Below, piece after piece: positions 8,434 through 15,964 of a stretch of 64,000 nt of DNA. The stretch comes from a virus (lineage: Duplodnaviria > Caudoviricetes): positions 11,220 to 75,219 of the IMG/VR virus record IMGVR_UViG_3300029288_000150; one strand, 5' to 3'. The number at the start of each line of letters is the position of its first letter. Position 1 is the stretch's first letter. The notes beneath the pieces were generated by a model, which saw only the letters and a list, made by a program, of their open reading frames with translations, did no database searches and was not told where the DNA came from. The position numbers were made by a program, and so were the translations under genes.

Positions 8434-8462
8434 ATTTTACACTATAAATGGACGTTTGTCAA
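8434..8462 (-). promoter_or_regulatory. Sigma70-type promoter of leftward early operon, with operator over -35
   Basis: Minus strand TTGACA-17bp-TAAAAT; operator copy ATGGACGTTTGTCAAT at 8448-8463. Confidence 0.75.
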
Positions 8463-8480
8463 TAGGCAATTTGCCTATTT

Positions 8481-8496
8481 GTGGACGATTGTCCCG
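8481..8496. promoter_or_regulatory. Operator-like palindrome copy
   Basis: GTGGACGATTGTCCCG between divergent promoters. Confidence 0.65.
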
Positions 8497-8548
8497 CCAG
8501 TTTGGTTAAGAAGGTTAAAGCCGCCCGGCAAATCGGCCAAACTGGGGC

Positions 8549-8578
8549 GTTGACAATTGTCCTCGCCTGTGATATACT
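8549..8578 (+). promoter_or_regulatory. Sigma70-type promoter for xis-like/integrase operon, with operator over -35
   Basis: TTGACA-17bp-TATACT with TGn extension; operator copy GTTGACAATTGTCCTC at 8549-8564. Confidence 0.8.
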
Positions 8579-8611
8579 TAGCTAACTCTGCTCGGCAATA
8601 GGGAGGGTTGA

Positions 8612-8893
8612 ATGACGTATGACGTTAGGGAAATAGTCTACCGCCAGGCGGTGGGCCTGGAGCCGGGGGACCTGCTGACCATCAAGGCTGCCGCCCAGGC
8701 CCTGCAGATGACCATGCCCGGAGTGATCGCCGCCATCAACCGCGGCGAGATGACCGAGGTGCTGGACAGGGACGCCCGCCACCCGTACCACGAGCGCCGC
8801 TTCGTGCTCCGCGAGGACGTGGAGCGCGTGGCCAGGCGGCGGGGCCTGGAGGTGGCCGGCGCCGGGGAGGGGAGGGGCGATGGCCAGCAATAG
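8612..8893 (+). CDS. Excisionase/RDF-like HTH DNA-binding protein
   Basis: DLLTIKAAAQALQMTMPGVIAAINRG...RRFVLREDVE (MerR/HTH_17-like); two genes upstream of integrase. Confidence 0.6.
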   Translation: MTYDVREIVYRQAVGLEPGDLLTIKAAAQALQMTMPGVIAAINRGEMTEVLDRDARHPYHERRFVLREDVERVARRRGLEVAGAGEGRGDGQQ

Positions 8894-9089
8894 CCAACGT
8901 TGGGAGCGACTCGCGGTGGCCCTGGTCTACCTGGCCTGGGCCGCCGTGTGGGGCGGGCTGATCTGGTACGGGGAAACCCGGGAGGCCGGTTGGGCCTGGG
9001 GGTTCGGTGCCGTCATCATGATTGCGCCCCTGGTGCTGCTGTCCCTGCTGACCGGTAGGATCTCGGACGGCCTCGACGAGGGGCCCTAG
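8880..9089 (+). CDS. Small two-TM membrane protein
   Basis: Two hydrophobic helices; overlaps upstream stop. Confidence 0.55.
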   Translation: MASNSQRWERLAVALVYLAWAAVWGGLIWYGETREAGWAWGFGAVIMIAPLVLLSLLTGRISDGLDEGP

Positions 9090-9092
9090 AGC

Positions 9093-10739
9093 ATGCCCGC
9101 TGACTGCCCCCTGCCCGCCGGCTCGACCGTGGCCGGCTACGGCCGCGACTCGGGCGGCCGCGATCAGGACCGCTCGGTCCTCCAGCAGCGGGCCGAGATC
9201 GAGGCGTACTGCCGCGACCGGGGCCTGGCCCTGGTGCGGTGGTTCGCCGACGAGGCCCGCCCCGGCTCCTCGGTCATCGGCCGGGACGCCTTCCTGGAGA
9301 TGATCGCCTGGCTCCGCCGCCTGGCCCCCGAGCCCGAGCGGCGCCGGTCCCGCCGGGGCGACGGCCGCGACCCCGACGCCCCCGACGGCGTCCTGTTCTG
9401 GTCCCTGGCCAGGAGCGCCCGGGAGCAGGACGACCGCGCCTACTTCTGGGCCGACCTCCGCCGGCGGGGCTACACCGTCTTTTCCGTGACCGATGGCATC
9501 CCGGGCGGGGACCTGGCGCCCGTCGTCGAGAGCCTGTTCGCCTGGCAGGCGGAGCAGTACCTCCAGCAGCTCTCCCGGGAGGTGACCCGCGGGATGCGCG
9601 ATATGGTCACCCGCCGGGGGCCCGACGGGGAGTACCTCAACTGCTGGAACAACCACCCGCCGCCCGGCTTCCGGGCCGAGCCCCGGACGATCGGCGCCCG
9701 CCGCGACGGCCGGCCCCACGTCGTGCGCTGCCTGGTGCCCGACCGGGACGGGCTGTGGGAGCCCGTCCGGCGGGCCTTTGCCCTGCGGGCCGCGGGCCTG
9801 TCGGTGCGCCAGATCGAGGCCGAGTTGGGCCTGGGGTGGAGCCGGCAGCGATACGGCCACCTGTTCCGCAACCCCATCTACGCCGGGCGCCTGGAGTATG
9901 GCGACCTGGTCATCGACGGCTGGATCGAGCCCGCCGTCGACCCCGCCACCTGGGCCGCCGTCCAGGACATTTGCCGGAACCACGACGCCTTTCAGCGCCG
10001 GGCCCGCTCCCGGCCCCGATCGGCTTATCCCCTGTCGGGCCTGTTGCGCTGCCCCGTCGACGGGGCGGCCATGACCGGCTCGAGTTGCCGGGGGCCCGTC
10101 CCCGGGGCGCCGCCGTACCGCTACTATCGCTGTAGCCACTACGGCGACGGCGGGGCCTGCGCCCACTCCCGGGGCCTGCGGGCCGACTACCTGGAGCCGG
10201 CGGTCTATGGCGCCCTGGCCCGGGACGTCCTGACCCCCGAGGCCCTGCGGGCGGCCCTGGAGGGCGGCGGCCCGGCCGAGCTGAACGGCGCCCGGGCCGA
10301 GCTGGCCGCCGCCGAGAAGCGGGTGGCGGACCTGGAGCGGGCGACGGGCCGGCTCCTGGAGGCCATCGAGGGCCTGGGGGGAGAGGGGCAGCCCGTGGCC
10401 GTGCTGGCCGAGCGCCTGGCCGCCCGCCAGGCCGAGCGCCTGGAGGCCGAGGCGGAGTTGCGGGCCGCCCGGGCGCGGCTGTCGGGGGGTTGCGAGCCCG
10501 TGCCCCCCGAGGTCCTGGCCGACTTTTGCCGGGACGCGGCCCGGGTCCTGGAGGAGGGCGAGCCGGGGGCCGTCCGGGATCTCCTGGAGGTGATCGTGGT
10601 CCGCATCGTGGCCCGCACCGACGGCACGGGCGAGATCCACTACCGGCCCCTGGGCGAGCTGCCCGGCCGGGCCCCTGCCGCCGTGGCCCCGTTCCACTGG
10701 TTCCCCGGGGGCCGGGGCTTCAAGCGGCCGGCGGTCTGA
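9093..10739 (+). CDS. Large serine recombinase (integrase)
   Basis: YGRDS catalytic motif, FADEARPGSS, SLARSAR, recombinase domain (FRNPIYAG), zinc ribbon LSGLLRCPVDG...YYRC...C, coiled coil. Confidence 0.92.
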   Translation: MPADCPLPAGSTVAGYGRDSGGRDQDRSVLQQRAEIEAYCRDRGLALVRWFADEARPGSSVIGRDAFLEMIAWLRRLAPEPERRRSRRGDGRDPDAPDGVLFWSLARSAREQDDRAYFWADLRRRGYTVFSVTDGIPGGDLAPVVESLFAWQAEQYLQQLSREVTRGMRDMVTRRGPDGEYLNCWNNHPPPGFRAEPRTIGARRDGRPHVVRCLVPDRDGLWEPVRRAFALRAAGLSVRQIEAELGLGWSRQRYGHLFRNPIYAGRLEYGDLVIDGWIEPAVDPATWAAVQDICRNHDAFQRRARSRPRSAYPLSGLLRCPVDGAAMTGSSCRGPVPGAPPYRYYRCSHYGDGGACAHSRGLRADYLEPAVYGALARDVLTPEALRAALEGGGPAELNGARAELAAAEKRVADLERATGRLLEAIEGLGGEGQPVAVLAERLAARQAERLEAEAELRAARARLSGGCEPVPPEVLADFCRDAARVLEEGEPGAVRDLLEVIVVRIVARTDGTGEIHYRPLGELPGRAPAAVAPFHWFPGGRGFKRPAV

Positions 10740-10787
10740 TTTTGTGTTAAGGCAAACTCTGGCCCCATAATTTGCCTAAACGCAAAA
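10740..10787. other. Putative attP site
   Basis: Imperfect inverted repeat TTTTGTGTTAAGGCAAA-14bp-TTTGCCTAAACGCAAAA (15/17 arm match, 48 bp) immediately after integrase stop. Confidence 0.6.
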
Positions 10788-10809
10788 TTGACAGGTGCAT
10801 GACAAATGC

Positions 10810-10838
10810 TTGACAGCCCCCCGGCTTTGTGATATACT
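10810..10838 (+). promoter_or_regulatory. Sigma70-type promoter of lysis-like operon
   Basis: TTGACA-17bp-TATACT with TGn extension. Confidence 0.8.
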
Positions 10839-10874
10839 ATCACCGGCGACGAGGCGATATTTTTTTATCGCAAT

Positions 10875-10892
10875 GGTGGACAATTGTCCACC
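10875..10892. promoter_or_regulatory. Perfect 18-bp operator palindrome
   Basis: GGTGGACAATTGTCCACC. Confidence 0.8.
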
Positions 10893-10937
10893 GGCCCGCC
10901 CGGGCCGATGGACAGGGGCAAGGGAGCAGGGAGGGGA

Positions 10938-11609
10938 ATGGAGTTCCTGGTCCGTGGCAACGACGGCAACGTCTGGGTGTACGACGACCTGGACGAGTAC
11001 CTGCGGGGCGTGGGGGAGGTGCCGGCCCTGTGGGAGCCGGCCGTCGTCCAGGCCCAGATGGTCGCCGCCCGCTCCTATGCCGCCTTTGCCTACGAGCATC
11101 CCCGCCACGACGATTGCCACCTGTGCGCCCGGCCCCATTGCCAGAGTTGGGGCAACCGGCACCACTACGCCCGGGACAGGGCCATCGAGGCCACCCGGGG
11201 GCTGGTGCTGTACTACGTCGGCCCCAGCCCGCCCCGGGGCTCCCGCTCGCCCATAGTCTGTCAAACGTTCTACTCGGCCCGCTGCGGCGGCCGGACGGGC
11301 ACGCGGGACGAGGAGACCGGGATATGGGTTCCCGTGTGGAACCCACCCGCCGCCCCGTGGTGCAAGATCGTCGAGTGCCCCTGCCCCGTCCTGCCGGGCT
11401 GGCAGGGGGAGACGACCCAGCGCCACGGCCACGGGATCGGCCTCTGCCAGTGGGGCGCCCGGGTCCTGGCCCGGCGGGGCTACACCTTCCGCCAGATCCT
11501 CCAGCATTACTTTGCGGATTTTGCCCTGGGCATTTACGGCCAGGGCCCGTCCTGCCCCGAGAAGCCGGGCCAGGACATAGAACACACTGACCCAGGAGGT
11601 GACCGATGA
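10938..11609 (+). CDS. SpoIID/LytB-domain peptidoglycan lytic enzyme, candidate endolysin
   Basis: LDEYLRGVGEVPALW..AVVQAQMVAARSYA, CARPHCQSWG, AIEATRGLVL, TFYSARCGGRT, GHGIGLCQWGA, YTFRQILQHYF. Confidence 0.85.
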   Translation: MEFLVRGNDGNVWVYDDLDEYLRGVGEVPALWEPAVVQAQMVAARSYAAFAYEHPRHDDCHLCARPHCQSWGNRHHYARDRAIEATRGLVLYYVGPSPPRGSRSPIVCQTFYSARCGGRTGTRDEETGIWVPVWNPPAAPWCKIVECPCPVLPGWQGETTQRHGHGIGLCQWGARVLARRGYTFRQILQHYFADFALGIYGQGPSCPEKPGQDIEHTDPGGDR

Positions 11610-12067
11610 TCCGCTCGTTTCGCAACCGCTACCGAGTGAGGGCGATCCTGATCGTCGCCCTGGTGCTGGCCCTGTCGCTGCTGGCCGGCGTCCTGTTCCC
11701 GGCCCTGGCTCAGGGCCCCGACGGCGAGGAGGTGCCGACGGTTGACGCCTTCCTCCAGTTTATCGCCTCGGGCGGCGTGGCTGCCGCCGTGGCCGTGCTC
11801 CTGTCGTTCCTCGTCGAGAACTGGGCCGGCTACGAGGCTTTGGCACCCCGATTCAAACGCTACATTTACGGGGCGCTGTGTTTTGTCGTGCCGGTTGGCG
11901 CCGTGCTTCTGCGCTGGGCGTTCGGCTACGTGCCACTGACCCTTGACCCGCTCATCTGGCACGCCCTATGGTATGGCGCCGGGGCCTTTGGCGTAGGCAC
12001 GGCGGTTCACGGACTCAAGTTGTCCCGGTATCCCAGTGCGTTCCCGACAAAGGCCCGCCGGGCATAG
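11606..12067 (+). CDS. Multi-TM membrane protein, holin candidate
   Basis: Four hydrophobic segments, basic C-terminus, adjacent to lytic enzyme. Confidence 0.55.
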   Translation: MIRSFRNRYRVRAILIVALVLALSLLAGVLFPALAQGPDGEEVPTVDAFLQFIASGGVAAAVAVLLSFLVENWAGYEALAPRFKRYIYGALCFVVPVGAVLLRWAFGYVPLTLDPLIWHALWYGAGAFGVGTAVHGLKLSRYPSAFPTKARRA

Positions 12068-12100
12068 GGTCCCTACGGCGGCCAGGAGGCGCCCCGCACA

Positions 12101-12493
12101 ATGGACAACACCCCCTCGCTGTTGATCGCAATCGTCGCCGCCCTTCCCGGCCTCCTGGCCGCCGTGGTGGCCTGGAGACAGGCCCGCTCCGCCGCTGCCC
12201 GCTCTGACGTGGCGGCCCTGGTCGAGACGGTCAAGTCCCTCCAGGAGGAGAACGCCCGCCTGCGGGCGTGCGTCGAGGACCTGGAAAAGGATTACAAACT
12301 CCTCCGGGCCGAGCACCTGGACCTGGGGCGGCGGCTGGCCGAGACCCAGGCCGAGCTCCAGCGGGCCCAGGCCGAAAACAAGAGCTTGCGGGCGGAGAAC
12401 GGCAAGTGGAAAGCTCGCGTCCAGGCGCTGGAGACGGACCTGGAGCGGCTGCGGGCGCGGTTGGAGCCGCCCGGGGCGGGCGGGGCGGAATGA
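12101..12493 (+). CDS. N-terminal TM plus coiled-coil protein (lysis accessory candidate)
   Basis: LLIAIVAALPGLLAAVVAW then heptad-rich helix; AGGAGG RBS. Confidence 0.6.
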   Translation: MDNTPSLLIAIVAALPGLLAAVVAWRQARSAAARSDVAALVETVKSLQEENARLRACVEDLEKDYKLLRAEHLDLGRRLAETQAELQRAQAENKSLRAENGKWKARVQALETDLERLRARLEPPGAGGAE

Positions 12494-13368
12494 GCGAGCC
12501 AGGGGCCGCCCCCAGCCCCGCCGCCCGGCGACCTGCCCGCCGCTCGGTGCGCCGTTTCGTGGTCCTGTCGGACACGCACATCGGATCGACGGCGGGTTGC
12601 TGGCCCGGAGCCCACGCCGTCGAGGGTGGCGGGGAGTATCACGCCAACAAGTACCAGCTCTGGCTTGCCGCTTGCTGGGACAAGATGCTGGCCGAGGTGG
12701 CGACGTTCCGCCCCCGGCCGGTCGTGATCGTCAACGGTGATTCCCTGCAGGGGGTCAACCCCCGGGATGGGCAGCTCGTTACCAACAACATCGCCGTGCA
12801 GGTGCAGGCGGCCCTGGCCCTGTATGGGCCCTTGCGGGCCATGGCCTCACGGTTCTACATGGTCCGGGGCACGGAATGGCACGAGGGCAGGGCCTCGGAG
12901 TATGTCGAGCTCCTGGCCCAGCAGCTAAAGGCCGAACGCGACCCGGCCACGGGACAATACTCCTGGTGGGAGTTGTACCTGGACGCCGAGCCGGGCGGGG
13001 GCGGGCCCGTGATGCACTTTGCCCACCACGTCGGGGTCTCGTCGGTGCCCTGGTACGAGGCGACGGTCCCCCTCCGGGACACGCTCCTCCAACTCTCGGA
13101 GTTGTGGCGGTTCTACGGCAAGCGGGCGCCCAACCTGCGGATGGTCATTCGCTCCCACCGCCACCGCCACATTCACGTCGACGCCCCGCCCGACATCCAC
13201 GCCCTGGTCACGCCCGCCTGGCAGCTCAAGACGGCATTCGCCCACAAAAAGGCGGCCAGTATGGTGCCCCAGGTGGGCTATGTCATCATCGAGTGGGACG
13301 GCCTCGACCTGGTGCCCAAGAAACGGGTCTTTGCCCTGCCTGACCTGCACGTCGAGGTGCTCCGGTGA
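12490..13368 (+). CDS. Calcineurin-like metallophosphoesterase
   Basis: VLSDTHIG, VNGDSLQG, VRGTEWHEG, FAHH, IRSHRH. Confidence 0.75.
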   Translation: MSEPGAAPSPAARRPARRSVRRFVVLSDTHIGSTAGCWPGAHAVEGGGEYHANKYQLWLAACWDKMLAEVATFRPRPVVIVNGDSLQGVNPRDGQLVTNNIAVQVQAALALYGPLRAMASRFYMVRGTEWHEGRASEYVELLAQQLKAERDPATGQYSWWELYLDAEPGGGGPVMHFAHHVGVSSVPWYEATVPLRDTLLQLSELWRFYGKRAPNLRMVIRSHRHRHIHVDAPPDIHALVTPAWQLKTAFAHKKAASMVPQVGYVIIEWDGLDLVPKKRVFALPDLHVEVLR

Positions 13369-13655
13369 TTATCAACGTCCCGGCCAACTTTACCCTGGAC
13401 GAGCTGCTGGCCCACCTGCGGGCCGAGGCGGAGCCGGGGCAGGCTGAGGGCTACTGCTCGACGGCGGACTGGGCGCGGCGGTTCGATGTGAGCGAGAAAC
13501 GAATGAGGGACATCCTCGGCGAGGCCAAGGCACAGGGCAAGCTCCTGTGCCGCCAGGTCCGCCGCGAGCGGCTGGACGGCTCGGCGGGACGGCTGCCGGT
13601 GTATGCGTTTGACCTGTCAGAAGGGGAACCGGGCCCCCAGGGGGAGGAGCCTTGA
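13365..13655 (+). CDS. Hypothetical, possible winged-HTH protein
   Basis: STADWARRFDVSEKRMRDIL; GTGA overlap. Confidence 0.5.
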   Translation: MIINVPANFTLDELLAHLRAEAEPGQAEGYCSTADWARRFDVSEKRMRDILGEAKAQGKLLCRQVRRERLDGSAGRLPVYAFDLSEGEPGPQGEEP

Positions 13656-13838
13656 CAGATAGAACCGGCGCGGCGCATCCGCGACGCTGGCCTGATGCCC
13701 TACCGGCGGAGTGGTGGCCACCTGCGGGCCAAAGCCCGGCAGTCCACCCGCCCCGGGGCGTCCCCCGACGTGGGGCCGGCCAGTATGCGGTATCTCGGGG
13801 CCGTCGCCCTATGCGGCCGGGCCGGTCTATTGCGCCCT

Positions 13839-13867
13839 ATTGTAACACACTATACAGGAATTGTCAA
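13839..13867 (-). promoter_or_regulatory. Antisense sigma70-type promoter
   Basis: Minus strand TTGACA-17bp-TACAAT in AT-rich patch. Confidence 0.6.
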
Positions 13868-13904
13868 GGTTTTGTAACAATTGTGGGGAGGGCGTGAGGT
13901 GGGC

Positions 13905-14195
13905 GTGAGTCAGAAGCGAGCCGTAGGCGAGCCGCCCGCGAACCGGCCCCCGGCCGTGCGGGCGGGGCTGGACCTGCTGGGCTTCGAGCTGGACGGGGTC
14001 TCCTGGCAGTCCCTGGAGGCTGAGCACCCGGCGCTGGCCGGGGCGGTGGCCGAGGTGGTCAACGAGGGCTACAGCCCGGGCCAGATCCGCCAGTACGTCA
14101 TGCAGCGGGGCCTGCCCGTGGAGTGGGCCCGCTGGCTGGAGCAGGCCGCCCGCTACGTGGCGGCCCTGGGGGACGCCGGGGGCCTTTTAACGTGA
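13905..14195 (+). CDS. Hypothetical protein
   Basis: GTG start after GAGGTGG. Confidence 0.55.
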   Translation: MSQKRAVGEPPANRPPAVRAGLDLLGFELDGVSWQSLEAEHPALAGAVAEVVNEGYSPGQIRQYVMQRGLPVEWARWLEQAARYVAALGDAGGLLT

Positions 14196-14492
14196 TACCC
14201 AATTGTCGGGGCGGATCAATGGAGGGTGTAGCCTCCAGGCCGGGTGGTCATGAGGTGCTGGACTTGGGCCAGATAGTTCTGCCCGCGAAAGGGGCAGCCA
14301 CTCCGCCCAACGGTATAGAGGCCGTCCCCTGGCATGGCCCGGCACGCTGCCAGGAAACGGGCGGCCCCAATGTGCTGACTTTTTCTGCCGCCTGGCAAGC
14401 GGCCTTTTTCTCTCCTCCTTGCGAGCCGGGCAGGCGGGGCTTAACTCCTTTCACCCGTCCTGCCCGGCAGGGGAGGGCTAACGCGAGGATAG

Positions 14493-15314
14493 ATGGCGAT
14501 TAAACGCTCCTCTATTGGCTGGACGGACTTCTCGGGCGGCGACGCCAACTTTATCATTGGCTGCACCCCGGCCAGCGAGGGCTGCGCCAACTGCTACGCC
14601 CGGACCCTGATCGAGAGCCGCCAGGGCCGGCCCTTCTCGGAGGTGCGTCTGTACCCCGAGAAACTGAAGCGCCTGGCAAAGACGCGGTTTAGCCCGGGCG
14701 GGGACGCCTACCGCCGGGGGCCCGGGAGCCGGCCCATGGTCTTCCTGGTGGACCTGGGGGACTGGTGCCATCCGGCCGTGCCGGACGAATTCCGAACGTC
14801 GGCCTTTGACCTGCTCCTGGCCCGGGATGACGTGGACTGGCAATGGCTGACCAAGCGGCCCGAGGTCATGGCGGGCTTTGTGTCCGGCTACTGCGAGCGG
14901 CGGGGCCTGGCCCAGCTCCCGGCCCACTTCTGGATGATGGTTACGGCTGAGAACCAAAGGCGCTATGACGAGCGGGTGCCGTGGGTGCTGCGGACGCCGG
15001 CCACGGTGCGGGGCCTGAGTATCGAGCCGATGCTCGGGCCGATCGTGCCCAAGGCCGGCCTGGAGGCCGTCGCTCGTGTTGGGAAGCCGGGCAGCAGGCG
15101 GGTTATCTGGGTTACGCGGCCCACGCTGGATTGGGTGATCCTGGGTGCGGAGTCGGGCAACGCTCGCCGCCCGTTCGATCTCGATTGGGCGCGGCGGGTG
15201 CGCGACGAGTGCCGGGCGACCGGCGTCCCGTTCTTCTACAAGCAGGGGAGCCACCGCTTCCCGGGCCGCCTGGACGTGCTGGACGGGGAGCGGATCAAGG
15301 AGTATCCGGGGTAA
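14493..15314 (+). CDS. Phage Gp37/Gp68 (DUF5131) family protein
   Basis: SSIGWTD, GCTPASEGCANCYA, LTKRPE, LSIEPMLG, LDWVILGAESG, VPFFYKQG. Confidence 0.85.
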   Translation: MAIKRSSIGWTDFSGGDANFIIGCTPASEGCANCYARTLIESRQGRPFSEVRLYPEKLKRLAKTRFSPGGDAYRRGPGSRPMVFLVDLGDWCHPAVPDEFRTSAFDLLLARDDVDWQWLTKRPEVMAGFVSGYCERRGLAQLPAHFWMMVTAENQRRYDERVPWVLRTPATVRGLSIEPMLGPIVPKAGLEAVARVGKPGSRRVIWVTRPTLDWVILGAESGNARRPFDLDWARRVRDECRATGVPFFYKQGSHRFPGRLDVLDGERIKEYPG

Positions 15315-15334
15315 CGGTACAGAATCAGGGCATT

Positions 15335-15964
15335 ATGGGCAACCATAATCAGGAAGATGACGCCACGGAGCAGAGGCCCCGCCTGACAGGGAAGCAGCGG
15401 GCCTTTGTCAATTTTTGGTTTGGGCAGGCCAACTTCAACGGGACTGAGGCGGCTCGCCTGGCTGGCTATGCGGGCAACGACAACGCCCTGGCCGTCCGTG
15501 CATCCGAGACATTAAGAAACCGTAAGGTTCAAGCCGAGATCGAGCGCCGTTGGGCCGCCCATGGCTTGGCCGCCAATGAGGTGCTATCTCGCCTCGCTGC
15601 CCAAGCCCGCGCCAGTATCGGGGATTTTCTCAAGAGAGCTGACGGGAACAAAGAGGGCGAAGAGAGCGACGGGGGCGGGTGGTATCTCGATTTGGAAGAG
15701 GTGCAAAGAAAAGGGCACCTTGTCAAATCGATCCAATGGACAAAGTTCGGCCCCAAGCTAGATATGTATGATGCACAGGGGGCCTTGCAACTGATTGGCA
15801 AGCACCTAGGATTATTTGCGGAGAGAGTAGAGCACACCGGGAAAGATGGAGGCCCAATTGAGACACGCCGGGTAGTGCCGGATTTAGGCGATTTGACCGA
15901 TGACGAATTGCGAGATCTCGTCCGACTTGTGGACCGACTTGAAGGAAAAGGCGGCGGAGGCTAG
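15335..15964 (+). CDS. terS: Terminase small subunit
   Basis: LTGKQRAFV...NGTEAARLAGY...ASETLRNRKV..., DAQGALQLIGKHLGLF..RVEHTGKDGGPI. Confidence 0.85.
   Translation: MGNHNQEDDATEQRPRLTGKQRAFVNFWFGQANFNGTEAARLAGYAGNDNALAVRASETLRNRKVQAEIERRWAAHGLAANEVLSRLAAQARASIGDFLKRADGNKEGEESDGGGWYLDLEEVQRKGHLVKSIQWTKFGPKLDMYDAQGALQLIGKHLGLFAERVEHTGKDGGPIETRRVVPDLGDLTDDELRDLVRLVDRLEGKGGGG

Noticed and set aside
13655-14490. tRNA genes in intergenic regions
   Set aside because: No cloverleaf with T-loop GTTC(G/A)A and matching acceptor stem found by eye
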